From: Thermoplasmata archaeon
Lineage (GTDB): Archaea; Thermoplasmatota; Thermoplasmata; RBG-16-68-12
DNA: 64,000 nucleotides
Direction: 5' to 3'
NCBI GenBank assembly: GCA_035283985.1
Contig: DATESQ010000026.1
Span: 644-64,643, forward strand
Under the pieces are notes generated by a model. That model had not been told where the DNA came from. It did no database searches and was given only the letters and a program-made list of their open reading frames with translations. Each line of letters opens with the position of its first letter. Position 1 is the stretch's first letter. Positions 1 through 9,107 of this stretch are shown in pieces. The position numbers and the translations under genes were made by a program.

Positions 1-271
1 TCCCCTTCGCCCCGTTGAAGAATGCCTCCTTGAGGAGATCGCGGAACCCCTTCTCCCCCATGATGTCCCAGATCGTCATGTCCATCTGGACGTGGAGCTT
101 CCCCTCATCGAGGGAGAACTCGAGCTCTTTCTTCGAGACCTTCGCGCCGAGGGTCGTGATGTAGCGGTCCTCGAACTCGTCGAGCACGTACCGGCGGATG
201 AGGGACGTCTTACCGACGGCCGCTTCCCCGACGAGGCAGACCTTCGTCTTCATCCGGCGTGCGTCGTCCAT
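1..271 (-). CDS. Ras/Rab-like small GTPase, C-terminally truncated by the window edge
   Basis: Reverse-strand translation from ATG (complement of 269-271): MDDARRMKTKVCLVGEAAVGKTSLIRRYVLDEFEDRYITTLGAKVSKKELEFSLDEGKLHVQMDMTIWDIMGEKGFRDLL... G1 P-loop GEAAVGKTS, G2 Thr in ITTLG, G3 WDIMGE (cf. Rab WDTAGQE). Absent from the ORF track because it has no stop inside the window. Confidence 0.6.
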   Translation of the reverse strand, partial: MDDARRMKTKVCLVGEAAVGKTSLIRRYVLDEFEDRYITTLGAKVSKKELEFSLDEGKLHVQMDMTIWDIMGEKGFRDLLKEAFFNGAKG

Positions 272-378
272 CGCGAACCGCGGAGGCGTTGGATTCGGGT
301 CTCGCTACTTAAATCCTTGTCGCCGACTCTCGTTCTGGCACGGCAAAGCCTTTTCGGGGTCCGACCCTTTCGCGCGCG

Positions 379-1029
379 ATGCGACGCGACACCCGCCTCA
401 TCCTCGCGTTGGACGTTCGCGATGGGGACGCGGCGGGTTCCCTCGCGCGGAGCTGCCGCGACGCAATCGACGCGGTGAAAGTCGGATGGCCTCTCACTCT
501 CGGGGCAGGGTTGTCGATCGTCACTCGCCTCGCGAGCGACGTCGACGTGATCTGCGATTTCAAAATCGCGGACATCCCGCCGGTGGCGGCCGCGATCGCA
601 CGGGCCGCGTTTGAGGCGGGAGCTCGGGGCGTGATCTGCCATGGGTTCGCAGGCGAAGACTCCGTCCGCGCGTGCGTCGAGGCGGCCCGCGGAGACGTGT
701 TCGTCGTCACGGAGATGAGCCATCCTGGCGGGCAGCAGTTCACGGCCCCGATCGCGGAGGAGCTCGCAAGGCTGGCGGTCCGCGCAGGGGCCACCGGAAT
801 CATCGCCCCCGCCACGCGACCTGAGCGGGTTCGGAGGCTCCGGGAGGTCGTGGGAAATCGCCTGATCCTCGCTCCAGGGGCCGGCGCCCAAGGCGGCACG
901 CCTGCGGACGCAATCCTTGCAGGCGCGGACTACGTCATCGTGGGCCGTTCGATCGCGGAGGCGAAAGACCCCGCCGTGGCTGCGCGGTCCATCGTCGCCG
1001 AAATCCGAACCGCAGCGGGAAAATCATAA
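379..1029 (+). CDS. pyrF: orotidine 5'-phosphate decarboxylase
   Basis: 216 aa with LILALDV, DFKIADIP and IVGRSI motifs typical of the OMP decarboxylase family. Confidence 0.85.
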   Translation: MRRDTRLILALDVRDGDAAGSLARSCRDAIDAVKVGWPLTLGAGLSIVTRLASDVDVICDFKIADIPPVAAAIARAAFEAGARGVICHGFAGEDSVRACVEAARGDVFVVTEMSHPGGQQFTAPIAEELARLAVRAGATGIIAPATRPERVRRLREVVGNRLILAPGAGAQGGTPADAILAGADYVIVGRSIAEAKDPAVAARSIVAEIRTAAGKS

Positions 1030-1073
1030 AGCCCGCCGCCGAATACCCAGGACCGCCGGGCCGTTCCGGGGGC

Positions 1074-2378
1074 ATGATTTTGGAGTCAAAATCGACATCC
1101 GTGATCCTGAAAGAGGACGAACTGCCGACGAAGTGGTACAACATCCAGCCGGACCTGCCGGAGCCGCTGCCGCCGCCGAAGGACCCGGAGGAGGGCCCGT
1201 CGAGGCTCAAGCAGCTGTCCGAGGTCCTCATCGGGGAATGCCTCCGCCAGGAGAACGCGACCGCCCGGTGGATCGACATCCCCTCGGAGGTCGTCGACCT
1301 GTACTACCAGGCGGGCCGGCCCCGTCCCCTGTGCCGGGCCCGCCGCCTCGAGACGCGTCTGAAAACGCCCGCGAAGTTGTACTATAAGGCGGAGTTCTAC
1401 AGCCCGACGGGGAGCCACAAGGTCAACACCGCGCTCGCGCAGTCATGGTATGCCCGGGAGGAGGGCTATGAGCGGCTCGCGACGGAGACGGGCGCGGGGC
1501 AGTGGGGGACCGCGCTCGCGTACGCGGCGAGCCTCGCGGGCCTGAAGACGACCATCTACTGGGTTCGCGCGGTCCACGATTGGAAGGTCCAACGGCGACT
1601 CTTGATGAAGCTCTACGGCGCGGAGGTCCACGCGTCCCCGAGCAATAATACGAAGATCGGGCGGGAGCTCCTGCAGAAGAACCCGAACCATCCCGGCTCC
1701 CTCGGGATCGCGGTCTCCGAGGGTCTCGACGACGCGATGCGGGACGAGAAGGCGATTTACTGCCTCGGCTCCGTCCTGAACCACGTGCTCCTCCACCAAA
1801 CAATCATCGGGCTCGAGACGAAGACGCAGTTCGAGCTGATCGGCGAGGAGCCGGACGTGCTGATCTCGTGTCTCGGCGGCGGGTCAAACTTCGGCGGGTT
1901 CACGCTCCCATTCTTCGCGGACGCGATCCAGAAAAAGCGCGACATCACGTTCATCGCCGCTCAGAGCGACGCGGCCCCGAACCTCCAGGGCGAGTACCGT
2001 TACGACTTCGCGGACCACGCGGGGCTCACACCGATGCTGAAAATGTACACGCTCGGCCACCAGAAGGAGATGAAGCCGATCCGCGGCGACGGGCTCCGAT
2101 ACCACGCCTGCGCGCCGATCCTGTCGTTCCTCCGGCACCTCGGGTACATCGACACGGTTGCGTACCCCGCGGACGAGAAGCACGTGTTCGCCCGCGCGCG
2201 GGAGTTCATCCAAACCGAGGGGTTCCTCCCCTCCCCCGAGAGCGCGTACAGCGTCGCGTGCGCGATCGACCAGGCCCTCGAGTGCAAGGAGACGGGCGAG
2301 GCGAAGACGATCGCGTTCAACATCAGCGGCCACGGGTTCATGGACATGGAGGGCTATGCGGACGTCCTCCAGCTGTAA
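1074..2378 (+). CDS. trpB2: tryptophan synthase beta-like protein, TrpB2 family
   Basis: 434 aa PLP-fold protein (..SPTGSHKVNTALAQ.. Lys-containing motif, GGGSNFGG glycine loop). Long N-terminal extension typical of TrpB2. No trpA adjacent. Confidence 0.85.
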   Translation: MILESKSTSVILKEDELPTKWYNIQPDLPEPLPPPKDPEEGPSRLKQLSEVLIGECLRQENATARWIDIPSEVVDLYYQAGRPRPLCRARRLETRLKTPAKLYYKAEFYSPTGSHKVNTALAQSWYAREEGYERLATETGAGQWGTALAYAASLAGLKTTIYWVRAVHDWKVQRRLLMKLYGAEVHASPSNNTKIGRELLQKNPNHPGSLGIAVSEGLDDAMRDEKAIYCLGSVLNHVLLHQTIIGLETKTQFELIGEEPDVLISCLGGGSNFGGFTLPFFADAIQKKRDITFIAAQSDAAPNLQGEYRYDFADHAGLTPMLKMYTLGHQKEMKPIRGDGLRYHACAPILSFLRHLGYIDTVAYPADEKHVFARAREFIQTEGFLPSPESAYSVACAIDQALECKETGEAKTIAFNISGHGFMDMEGYADVLQL

Positions 2379-2417
2379 CCCGCGAAAACGATAAGTGCCT
2401 CGCGCGCTTCGGCGGGG

Positions 2418-2567
2418 ATGGCGATGGCGAAGGAACACCACTGCCCGGTGTGCGGTCCGTTCACGTGCAGCGCCGCGACGAGCAAGATCCATTTGTGCCC
2501 GAAATGCTATACCCGTTGGGAGGAGGACCTCACCGCCGCGCCGGAGGCGAAGCCCGCCGTGGGATGA
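2418..2567 (+). CDS. small zinc-ribbon protein (49 aa)
   Basis: MAMAKEHHCPVCGPFTCSAATSKIHLCPKCYTRWEEDLTAAPEAKPAVG. Two CPxC knuckles (CPVCG..CPKC). Below the 60-aa cutoff of the ORF track. Confidence 0.4.
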   Translation: MAMAKEHHCPVCGPFTCSAATSKIHLCPKCYTRWEEDLTAAPEAKPAVG

Positions 2568-2847
2568 ATCGGCCAGCGCACCTCGTTCGTCTCGCGGTCG
2601 ACAACCTTATTCCGACCTCATCGATTCGGGCCCGTGGATTCGCGTAACCCTGCTTTCCCACCGCGCTCCTGACCCGCGAACGACGAATTTTGTTACTGAG
2701 TTTGGGAAGTGCTTCGGGCTCGCGCCCCAGGGTCATCCCCATCGGCTGTAGTGGGGCGGCCGGACGTGTGCGAGGGGACCCGGCGACGACTGGCATCGCG
2801 GAGGGCCGCCCGGTGAATACAAGTATCCGCCGCGAGGTCGTGGCTCC

Positions 2848-4098
2848 GTGCCCGTCGAGGACGGCGTACCCGCAAGGACGTTCGAGGTCGAGCGCCAGCT
2901 CGCGTGCGGCGTCTGCAATGGGGACTGGAAGCGATGCCGGCTCTCGACGTGCCCGTACCTCGGCCACGTCCGGAAGTGGTTCACAGAGCAGAGCTCGCTC
3001 GCGTCCACAAATCTCTTCGGAGCATCCCCGCCCTCTGCTTTCGTCGGTTCCTGGGGGTATCCCAGGGTCCTCGCGGGGCCGCTCGTCCCGCCCGTCCGTG
3101 AAGGGACCGCGATCATGGATGCGCCCGAGACGTGGCTCGACCTCGACATCACCGAGATCCTTCGGTTCCGCCTGAGCCTCGTCCGAGGCAAGGCGCGACG
3201 CCCCGTCGAAGCGGCGCGAAAGCCGGACAAGATCCTTGAGGCGACGCAGCTCGAGGCCATGGCGGTGCGCCCTGTCGACACGGAGATGTGGCTCGAGAAG
3301 AAACCCGTCCTCCTCGGACCGTTCTCCGCCCGGGCATCGCCGACGGGTCCGTCCGGGGTGATTCGGAAGCTCGACCTCACCGAGAACCCGAGCGTGCCAC
3401 CGCGAGTCGACTACGTCACGTCCGACACGGACCTCCGGGCCATGGAGGGTGTTCTCGACCTCTACGGGCATGGCATTGCGCAGAGCCACATCACGCGGAT
3501 TTTCAGCGTCGGCCTTCTCGGGACGGAGACGCGGCGGAAGCTCGTGCCCACGGAGTGGTCGATCACCGCGGTCGACGACATTCTCGGGAAGAGGCTCACG
3601 GAGCGGGTCAAAGAGTTCCCGCCGATCGGTGAATTCCGCGCGTTCAGTGCGAACGCTCACCACAATACCGTGGCAGTGATCCTGACGCCGACCTCATGGA
3701 TGTTCGAGGGACTCGAGGCGTTCAACATCGAGCGGTCGCCGACCCCTCTCCAGGACCACGAAATGTATCGAGGAAGGAAGACGTATCCAGATCAGTTGGC
3801 GGGCGCGTACCATGCGACACGCCTCCCCGTGCTCGAGTATCTCGAGCGGGAGCGACGACAGGCGGGCGCGATTGTGTTCATGGAGGTCCATCGCGGCTGG
3901 ATCCCGCTCGGGGTCTGGCGGTATCGGGAGATTGCGAGGACCGCCCTTGCGCAGCGGCCTGCAAGATTCGATCGATTCGAGGACGCGGAACCGTGGCTCC
4001 GGACCCGCCTCGAATTGCCCCTCGAGAACTGGTGGCGGGCGAGTGTGCTTCGAAGATATCTGCGGAGGCAGCGCAGGATCACGGACTTCGCTCGGTAG
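2848..4098 (+). CDS. Nre-family (archaeal putative DNA-repair, Nre_N/Nre_C-like) protein
   Basis: 416 aa with an N-terminal Cys cluster (CGVCNGDWKRCRLSTCPY). Size and architecture match the archaeal Nre family as I recall it. Family assignment is from memory, not a search. Confidence 0.5.
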   Translation: MPVEDGVPARTFEVERQLACGVCNGDWKRCRLSTCPYLGHVRKWFTEQSSLASTNLFGASPPSAFVGSWGYPRVLAGPLVPPVREGTAIMDAPETWLDLDITEILRFRLSLVRGKARRPVEAARKPDKILEATQLEAMAVRPVDTEMWLEKKPVLLGPFSARASPTGPSGVIRKLDLTENPSVPPRVDYVTSDTDLRAMEGVLDLYGHGIAQSHITRIFSVGLLGTETRRKLVPTEWSITAVDDILGKRLTERVKEFPPIGEFRAFSANAHHNTVAVILTPTSWMFEGLEAFNIERSPTPLQDHEMYRGRKTYPDQLAGAYHATRLPVLEYLERERRQAGAIVFMEVHRGWIPLGVWRYREIARTALAQRPARFDRFEDAEPWLRTRLELPLENWWRASVLRRYLRRQRRITDFAR

Positions 4099-4199
4099 CA
4101 ACGGCCGCTAGCTCCGATCCCGCACCTGGACCACGATCTCTCGGATATCGGAATTCGGACCTTGGTCGACGATTGTCTCGACCGCATGGACGACGTCGT

Positions 4200-4661
4200 T
4201 CACCGTGCGGTCCCGCGAGCGAAGCCGACGAGGCCCGCCATGGAGCCAATGTTGACGATCTGGCCCGACTTTTGCTTCTTCAGGTGGGGACCGACGGCCC
4301 GCGTGAAGTAGAACGGACCGAACACGTTGACCTCGAACTGCTCGCGGACCGATTCGTCGGAGAGCTTCTCGACGAGGGCGTAGTGCCCGATCCCCGCGTT
4401 GTTCACGAGGATGTCGATCCGGCCCCAAGCGTCCACGACGGTGTCCACTGCACGTTGCGCGAACGCGGAGTCACGGACGTCGCCGGGGAACGCGAGCGCC
4501 TTCCCGCCACTGCCTTCAATTTGCGATGCAACCTCTTTGAGTCGTCGATCCCGCCGCGCGGCGAGGCCGACGCGCATTCCTCGAGAGCCGAACCGCAACG
4601 CGATGCCGCGACCGATGCCGCTCGATGCGCCGGTGACGAGAGCGACCCGATTCTCCGCCAT
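4200..4661 (-). pseudogene. short-chain dehydrogenase/reductase fragment, C-terminally truncated
   Basis: 153 aa with the TGASSGIGRG Rossmann motif, NNAG and the GSMAG serine region. It stops before the catalytic YxxxK. Downstream frames carry no SDR C-terminus. Confidence 0.45.
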
Positions 4662-4720
4662 GGAAGCGGTGAAGGGCGCGCCGCCTTATCTGGACTCCGC
4701 GCGAACCGTGGCGGGAGTTT

Positions 4721-5938
4721 CTAGCGTGCGACGATCGGCCTGGACGAGAGAACGTCGAGGATCTTACCGCTGAGACGGATCGCTTCGTCGAAGTTCTGTT
4801 CCTCAAACGCGGCTCGGGCCTCCTTGAGGACCTTTCGGATCTCCGTGACGTCCTGGCCCGCGTCGCGCGCCTTTTTCGCGATCTCGAGCGCCTTGTTCAT
4901 CCGATCCACAGCCTGGGTCTTCGTGGCCTTCGCGACGGGGGCCGGGGCTGTCTGGATCTCTGCTTCGCGTGCGGCGGTCTGCTTCGGCGGAGGCGGTAGA
5001 GGGGACGTTTTCGGCGGCTCCGGGGCGAATGGCTTCTCCGCGACCGGCTTCGGGGGTTTCGGCGATTCCTTCGCTGCGCTCGGCGTAGCGACTCCCCACT
5101 CGATCCCGCTCGCCTCGAGGACGGACGCGAGGCTGCGCTCCACCTCGGTGATGCTCCGTTCCTTTTCGACGAGCCGGTTCCGCTCCTTCGAGATCTTTTC
5201 GAGCTCCAGGCGGAGGCTCTGTTCCATTGCGATCAGGGCGGCCATCTGCCCCTCCTGGTCGCGCATCCGCTTCGTCAGCGTCTCCATCACGGCGTTGAGT
5301 TCGGAGTCCCGGCGCTGGAGGGCCGCCATCCGCTCGTTCTGGAGTCGGATGAACTCCTCCTCATGCGTCGCGAGCGCCTTCTCTCGGGCTGCGATCGATT
5401 CCTGAATCTTGCTGAGCCGGTCTACGCTCTCTGCCATCGCGGACTCGCGCTTCGCGATGAGCTCCTGTCGTTCGGAGAGGGCGCCGACCTTCGCGGTCAC
5501 CTCGGAGAGCTTCGCGGCGATCTCCTCCCGCTCCATCCTGGCCTTTGTCTGGAGATCCTTGATCTCCTGTTCCGTGACCTTCAGGGCCCGAGCCCATTCC
5601 TTGAGCCGGTTGTCCTCCGCGCCGAGCTTGTCCTGTGCCTCCTTGAGGGTCTTCTTTTCCTTCGAGAGGTCCCCTTCCCGGGCCTTGAGTTCGTCGTCGC
5701 GGCGGTCGATGTCCGCCTTGAGCTCCTCGAGCGCCTGCTGCATCTTCGCGAACTCGCGCCGGTCCGAGTCGAGCGTGCGCCGGTCGACCTCGAGCTCCTT
5801 CTGCCTCGACTCGACCTGCGCCTTCGCCTCCTTGAGCTTCTCGACTTGGGCTTTCGCGGCGCTCACAATGTCGGTCGCAAGGATCCTGTCAGAATCGGAC
5901 TCTGCCATGGACACCCTCCGGGCGGAGGCGTAGCCCAT
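4721..5938 (-). CDS. coiled-coil protein with a Pro-rich linker and C-terminal helical domain (hypothetical)
   Basis: About 280 aa of heptad-rich, charged sequence (E/K/R/L repeats). Then PKPPKPVAEKPFAPEPPKTSPLPPPPK, then a ~60-aa helical bundle (ALEIAKKARDAGQD..FDEAIRL). Start may be the internal MAESDSD. Confidence 0.6.
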   Translation of the reverse strand: MGYASARRVSMAESDSDRILATDIVSAAKAQVEKLKEAKAQVESRQKELEVDRRTLDSDRREFAKMQQALEELKADIDRRDDELKAREGDLSKEKKTLKEAQDKLGAEDNRLKEWARALKVTEQEIKDLQTKARMEREEIAAKLSEVTAKVGALSERQELIAKRESAMAESVDRLSKIQESIAAREKALATHEEEFIRLQNERMAALQRRDSELNAVMETLTKRMRDQEGQMAALIAMEQSLRLELEKISKERNRLVEKERSITEVERSLASVLEASGIEWGVATPSAAKESPKPPKPVAEKPFAPEPPKTSPLPPPPKQTAAREAEIQTAPAPVAKATKTQAVDRMNKALEIAKKARDAGQDVTEIRKVLKEARAAFEEQNFDEAIRLSGKILDVLSSRPIVAR

Positions 5939-6116
5939 GTTTCCTGTTTTCTCTATTTAAGGGGCAGCGCCGCAGAATCAGAAATGAGAACTTCCCAGAA
6001 GGGGCTGCGGAAATTGTCCTAGTACGTTTGTCAAGGCGGGCCCACCCCGACATAAGGCACTTATACGGAACGCCGTGTTCAAGACCCGCCGCGTTCGCGC
6101 GGCGAAGGGATGGACA

Positions 6117-6341
6117 ATGACGGCACTCCGAGAGATCGACTTCCAGACTGTCAGGAAAATCGCCGAGCAGAAAGGCCTGAAGCCATCGAGGGTTCGCGGA
6201 ACGAACACCCTTCGGTTTACGAACGGCTCGAACCCAGGCCTCGAACTCGTTACGTGGGACGAGTTCGAACGCGCCGCGACCACCCGCAAGCTCGCCGTGT
6301 ATGAGAGCGCCGGTTGGATGAAGCTGATGCGGAAGCAATAG
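6117..6341 (+). CDS. small hypothetical protein (74 aa; alternative start 6075)
   Basis: ORF MTALREIDFQTVRKIAEQKGLKPSRV... TATA-like ACTTATAC at ~6053-6060 is spaced correctly for the 6117 start. Confidence 0.4.
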   Translation: MTALREIDFQTVRKIAEQKGLKPSRVRGTNTLRFTNGSNPGLELVTWDEFERAATTRKLAVYESAGWMKLMRKQ

Positions 6342-6375
6342 TCGCTTTCCTCTCCCTCCTTCGGCGGTCCTCGCG

Positions 6376-7023
6376 ATGGTTGATCTAGCCTTCGGACTCA
6401 CCGCCATGGCGTCGATTTTCGCGATCGTGGACCCGATCGGGGCCGTCCCGTTCTTCGCGGCGATCACGGAGGGCTACTCCGCCGACGACAAGCGGGCCGT
6501 GATCCAAAAGAGCTGAATCATCGCGCTCCTCACGCTCCTTGTGTTCGGCCTCGCGGGCCAGTACATCTTCCTCGCGTTCGGCTTCACCGTGCCCGCGTTC
6601 CAGATCGCGGGTGGCATCCTCTTGTTCAACATCGGCTTCGAAATGCTCCACGGCGAGCGGCCCCGAACGAAGGCGACGGAGAAAGAACACGCGGAGGCCA
6701 TCGAACGCCAGGCGGTCGGCATCGTGCCTCTTGGCATCCCCCTTCTCGCCGGCCCCGGGGCGATCACGACCGTGATGGTCTACATGTCTCACCCGATCCC
6801 GGACCCTCTGGACAAGATGTTTATCTTTGCGGGCATCCTCGTCGCGGTGCTCGCGAGTTTCGGCGCCCTCTCCTACGCGGATCGGATCTTCCAGCGAATC
6901 GGGCGCACCGGGACCCATGCGATCTCCCGCATTCTGGGGCTGCTGCTCGCTGCGATTGCGGTCCAATTCGTGATCAACGGTGTGCTCGGGGCCGCGCGTC
7001 TCAACGGACTCCTTCCCTCGTAG
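6376..7023 (+). pseudogene. MarC-family (UPF0056) integral membrane protein interrupted by an in-frame TGA at 6514-6516
   Basis: N-terminal 46 codons (MVDLAFGLTAMASIFAIVDPIGAVPFFAAITEGY...) and the 160-aa ORF 6541-7023 (..FQIAGGILLFNIGFEML..) are in the same frame. Together they make a full-length MarC. Only one TGA separates them. Confidence 0.55.
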
Positions 7024-7062
7024 GCGGGACTCTTTATATCGGGACCCAGCATCCGCCCCGCG

Positions 7063-8406
7063 ATGGAGTCGGTCGAGGCCCGCGTCCTCCGCAGAATCGT
7101 GCCGCGACGAGACGAAGAGGAACGACTCCACGCGGTCGTCCACGAGCTCACGAAGACGCTGTCCGAGCGAATCGCAGCCCGCGGCCTCGACGCGAAGCCG
7201 ATTCTCGTCGGGTCCGTCGCGAAGGGCGTCCATCTCCATGAGCCCGAGGTCGACCTGTTCGTTGCGTTCGCGCGCGACACGCCGCGAGAAAAGCTCGAGT
7301 CGGAAGGGCTCGCCCTCGGCGATGTCCTCGACCGGCCCGTCCGGATGTACGCGGAGCACCCGTACACGCGAGGATGGTACAAGGGCTTCGAGGTCGAGGT
7401 CGTCCCTTGCTATCGAATCACCGACGCGACGCAGCGGATGTCCGCCGTCGACCGCACGCCGCTCCACGTGGACTTTGTCCTCGGCCACCTTGGCGAGGAT
7501 CAGGGGACCGAGGTCCGGCTCCTGAAGGCCTGGGCGGAGGGGATCGGCGTCTACGGGGCGGAGGCGAAGATCCGGGGCTTCTCTGGATATCTCTGCGAGC
7601 TCCTCGTTCTCAAGTATGGCACGTTCCGCAAGGTTCTCGAGGCGGCGAAGGGATGGAGGCCCGGGCTCGTGATCGAGCTCGGCACGCTCGCCGGGCGAAA
7701 GTTCGAGGAGCCCTTCATCGTCGTCGATCCTGTCGACGGGAACCGCAACGTGGCGAGCGCGGTGTCCGCGGAGCAGCTCGGCACGTTCGTCCATGCCGCC
7801 CGTTCGTACTTGATGCGCCCGTCGCCGCGATTCTTCTTCCCGCGAGCGCCGAAGTCGAAGACGATTGCCCAGCTGAAGGCCCTGCTGCGTTCGCGATCCA
7901 CCCATCTCCTCTCCGTCGCGATTCCCGCCCCGCCGATCACGGAGGATGTCCTGTATCCGCAGGTCCGGAAGGCTCACAAGTCGATCCTGGAGCTCCTCGG
8001 GCGGCATGGCTTCGAGGTTCTGAACTCGACGTCCTGTGTCGATGGCGGGGACGTGCTCCTCGTCTTCGAGTTTGAAGTGTTCGAACTCCCAACGGTCCAG
8101 ATTCACGACGGTCCGCCCGTGTGGGTCAAGAATTCGGAGGACTTTCTCCGGAAGTGGACGAGGTCTTCTCGACGCGTGGCGGGTCCCTACGTTCGCGGAG
8201 ATCGATGGATTGTCGAGGTGAGACGGGAGGCGGCCGACCCGGCCACGTTGCTTCGTCAGAAGTACCGAACCCTCAGCCTCGGTCGCGACCTCGATCCGGC
8301 AGCCCGCAAGAAGATTTCGATTCGGGCTGATCCAGATGCGGTTCGAAAGGAGCACTCCGCAGCGCTCACCGCGTTCTTCGACAGGCGGTTCCCATGGGAG
8401 CGCTAG
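7063..8406 (+). CDS. cca: tRNA CCA-adding enzyme, archaeal class I
   Basis: 447 aa. LVGSVAKGVHL..VDLF nucleotidyltransferase head and the RGFSGYLCELLVLKYGTF motif characteristic of archaeal CCA enzymes. Confidence 0.8.
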   Translation: MESVEARVLRRIVPRRDEEERLHAVVHELTKTLSERIAARGLDAKPILVGSVAKGVHLHEPEVDLFVAFARDTPREKLESEGLALGDVLDRPVRMYAEHPYTRGWYKGFEVEVVPCYRITDATQRMSAVDRTPLHVDFVLGHLGEDQGTEVRLLKAWAEGIGVYGAEAKIRGFSGYLCELLVLKYGTFRKVLEAAKGWRPGLVIELGTLAGRKFEEPFIVVDPVDGNRNVASAVSAEQLGTFVHAARSYLMRPSPRFFFPRAPKSKTIAQLKALLRSRSTHLLSVAIPAPPITEDVLYPQVRKAHKSILELLGRHGFEVLNSTSCVDGGDVLLVFEFEVFELPTVQIHDGPPVWVKNSEDFLRKWTRSSRRVAGPYVRGDRWIVEVRREAADPATLLRQKYRTLSLGRDLDPAARKKISIRADPDAVRKEHSAALTAFFDRRFPWER

Positions 8407-8408
8407 GG

Positions 8409-9056
8409 CTATCGCGTAATCGTAATCTGACAGGAAAAGGAGTGTCCGGCCCCGTCCGACACCGAAATCGTCACCGGGGTGCTCGTCGGAACGGGAAAGG
8501 AAGCCTGCCATAGGTCTTCGCTGGTTCTTGAAAGCGAACTCGCTTGCTCGCCGCCGATGGCGTAAGAGGCAAACGCTATGCCGACGTTGTCTGAAGCGGT
8601 CACGTTCAGGTCAACCGAGCTCGTCGCGGACGCGACGCTCCCCCCACACGGCACGGAGGTTCCGTTCACAGTCATGCCGATGATCATCGGCGCCGTCAGA
8701 TCCGCGAATGGCGGGTTTAGGAGGAGAATCCAGAACGCGAGCCAGCTGAAGAAGAACGAAGAGCCGTGGCCGAGCCAGTCCCGCCGCTTGAACTTCGAGA
8801 CGTCGACCCGGAGGATCGGGAGGATCCACTTCAGGACGTACATCATGCCGAGGCCTGTGAGGAACCCGATGGCCGCGCCGGCGCCGGAGCCGAGGAGCGA
8901 GAGGGCGTAGCTCGCGAAGGCCGCCGGGACGGCCCACAGGACGGACAAGATCGCGGCCCGCGCGCCTCGGATTTCCTTCTTCATGAATTCGACTTCGTCG
9001 AATTCCGGAGCCTGCCAGTCCTCCTCCCGCTTCTTCTTCGCCACGGGGGTCCGCAA
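8409..9056 (-). CDS. membrane protein with extracytoplasmic C-terminal Ser/Thr-rich beta domain (hypothetical)
   Basis: 215 aa, three predicted TM helices in the N-terminal half. C-terminal ~90 aa is S/T/V-rich (..VTASDNVGIAFASYAIGGEQ..SFSCQITITR). Confidence 0.55.
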   Translation of the reverse strand: MRTPVAKKKREEDWQAPEFDEVEFMKKEIRGARAAILSVLWAVPAAFASYALSLLGSGAGAAIGFLTGLGMMYVLKWILPILRVDVSKFKRRDWLGHGSSFFFSWLAFWILLLNPPFADLTAPMIIGMTVNGTSVPCGGSVASATSSVDLNVTASDNVGIAFASYAIGGEQASSLSRTSEDLWQASFPVPTSTPVTISVSDGAGHSFSCQITITR

Positions 9057-9107
9057 GAAGGACGACTTTATTACACCTTTGGAACGGCGCCTGGCCGTGT
9101 GCGGAAT

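Noticed and set aside
2567-2848. 280-bp gap checked for tRNA/ncRNA
   Set aside because: No acceptor-stem/T-loop (GTTCRANYC) arrangement or other recognisable RNA gene signature found by eye. Left unannotated.
6385-8511. 708-aa minus-strand ORF spanning the MarC and cca genes
   Set aside because: Arg/Asp/Glu-rich low-complexity translation with no motifs, on the strand opposite two well-supported genes. Typical antisense shadow ORF in 65% GC DNA.
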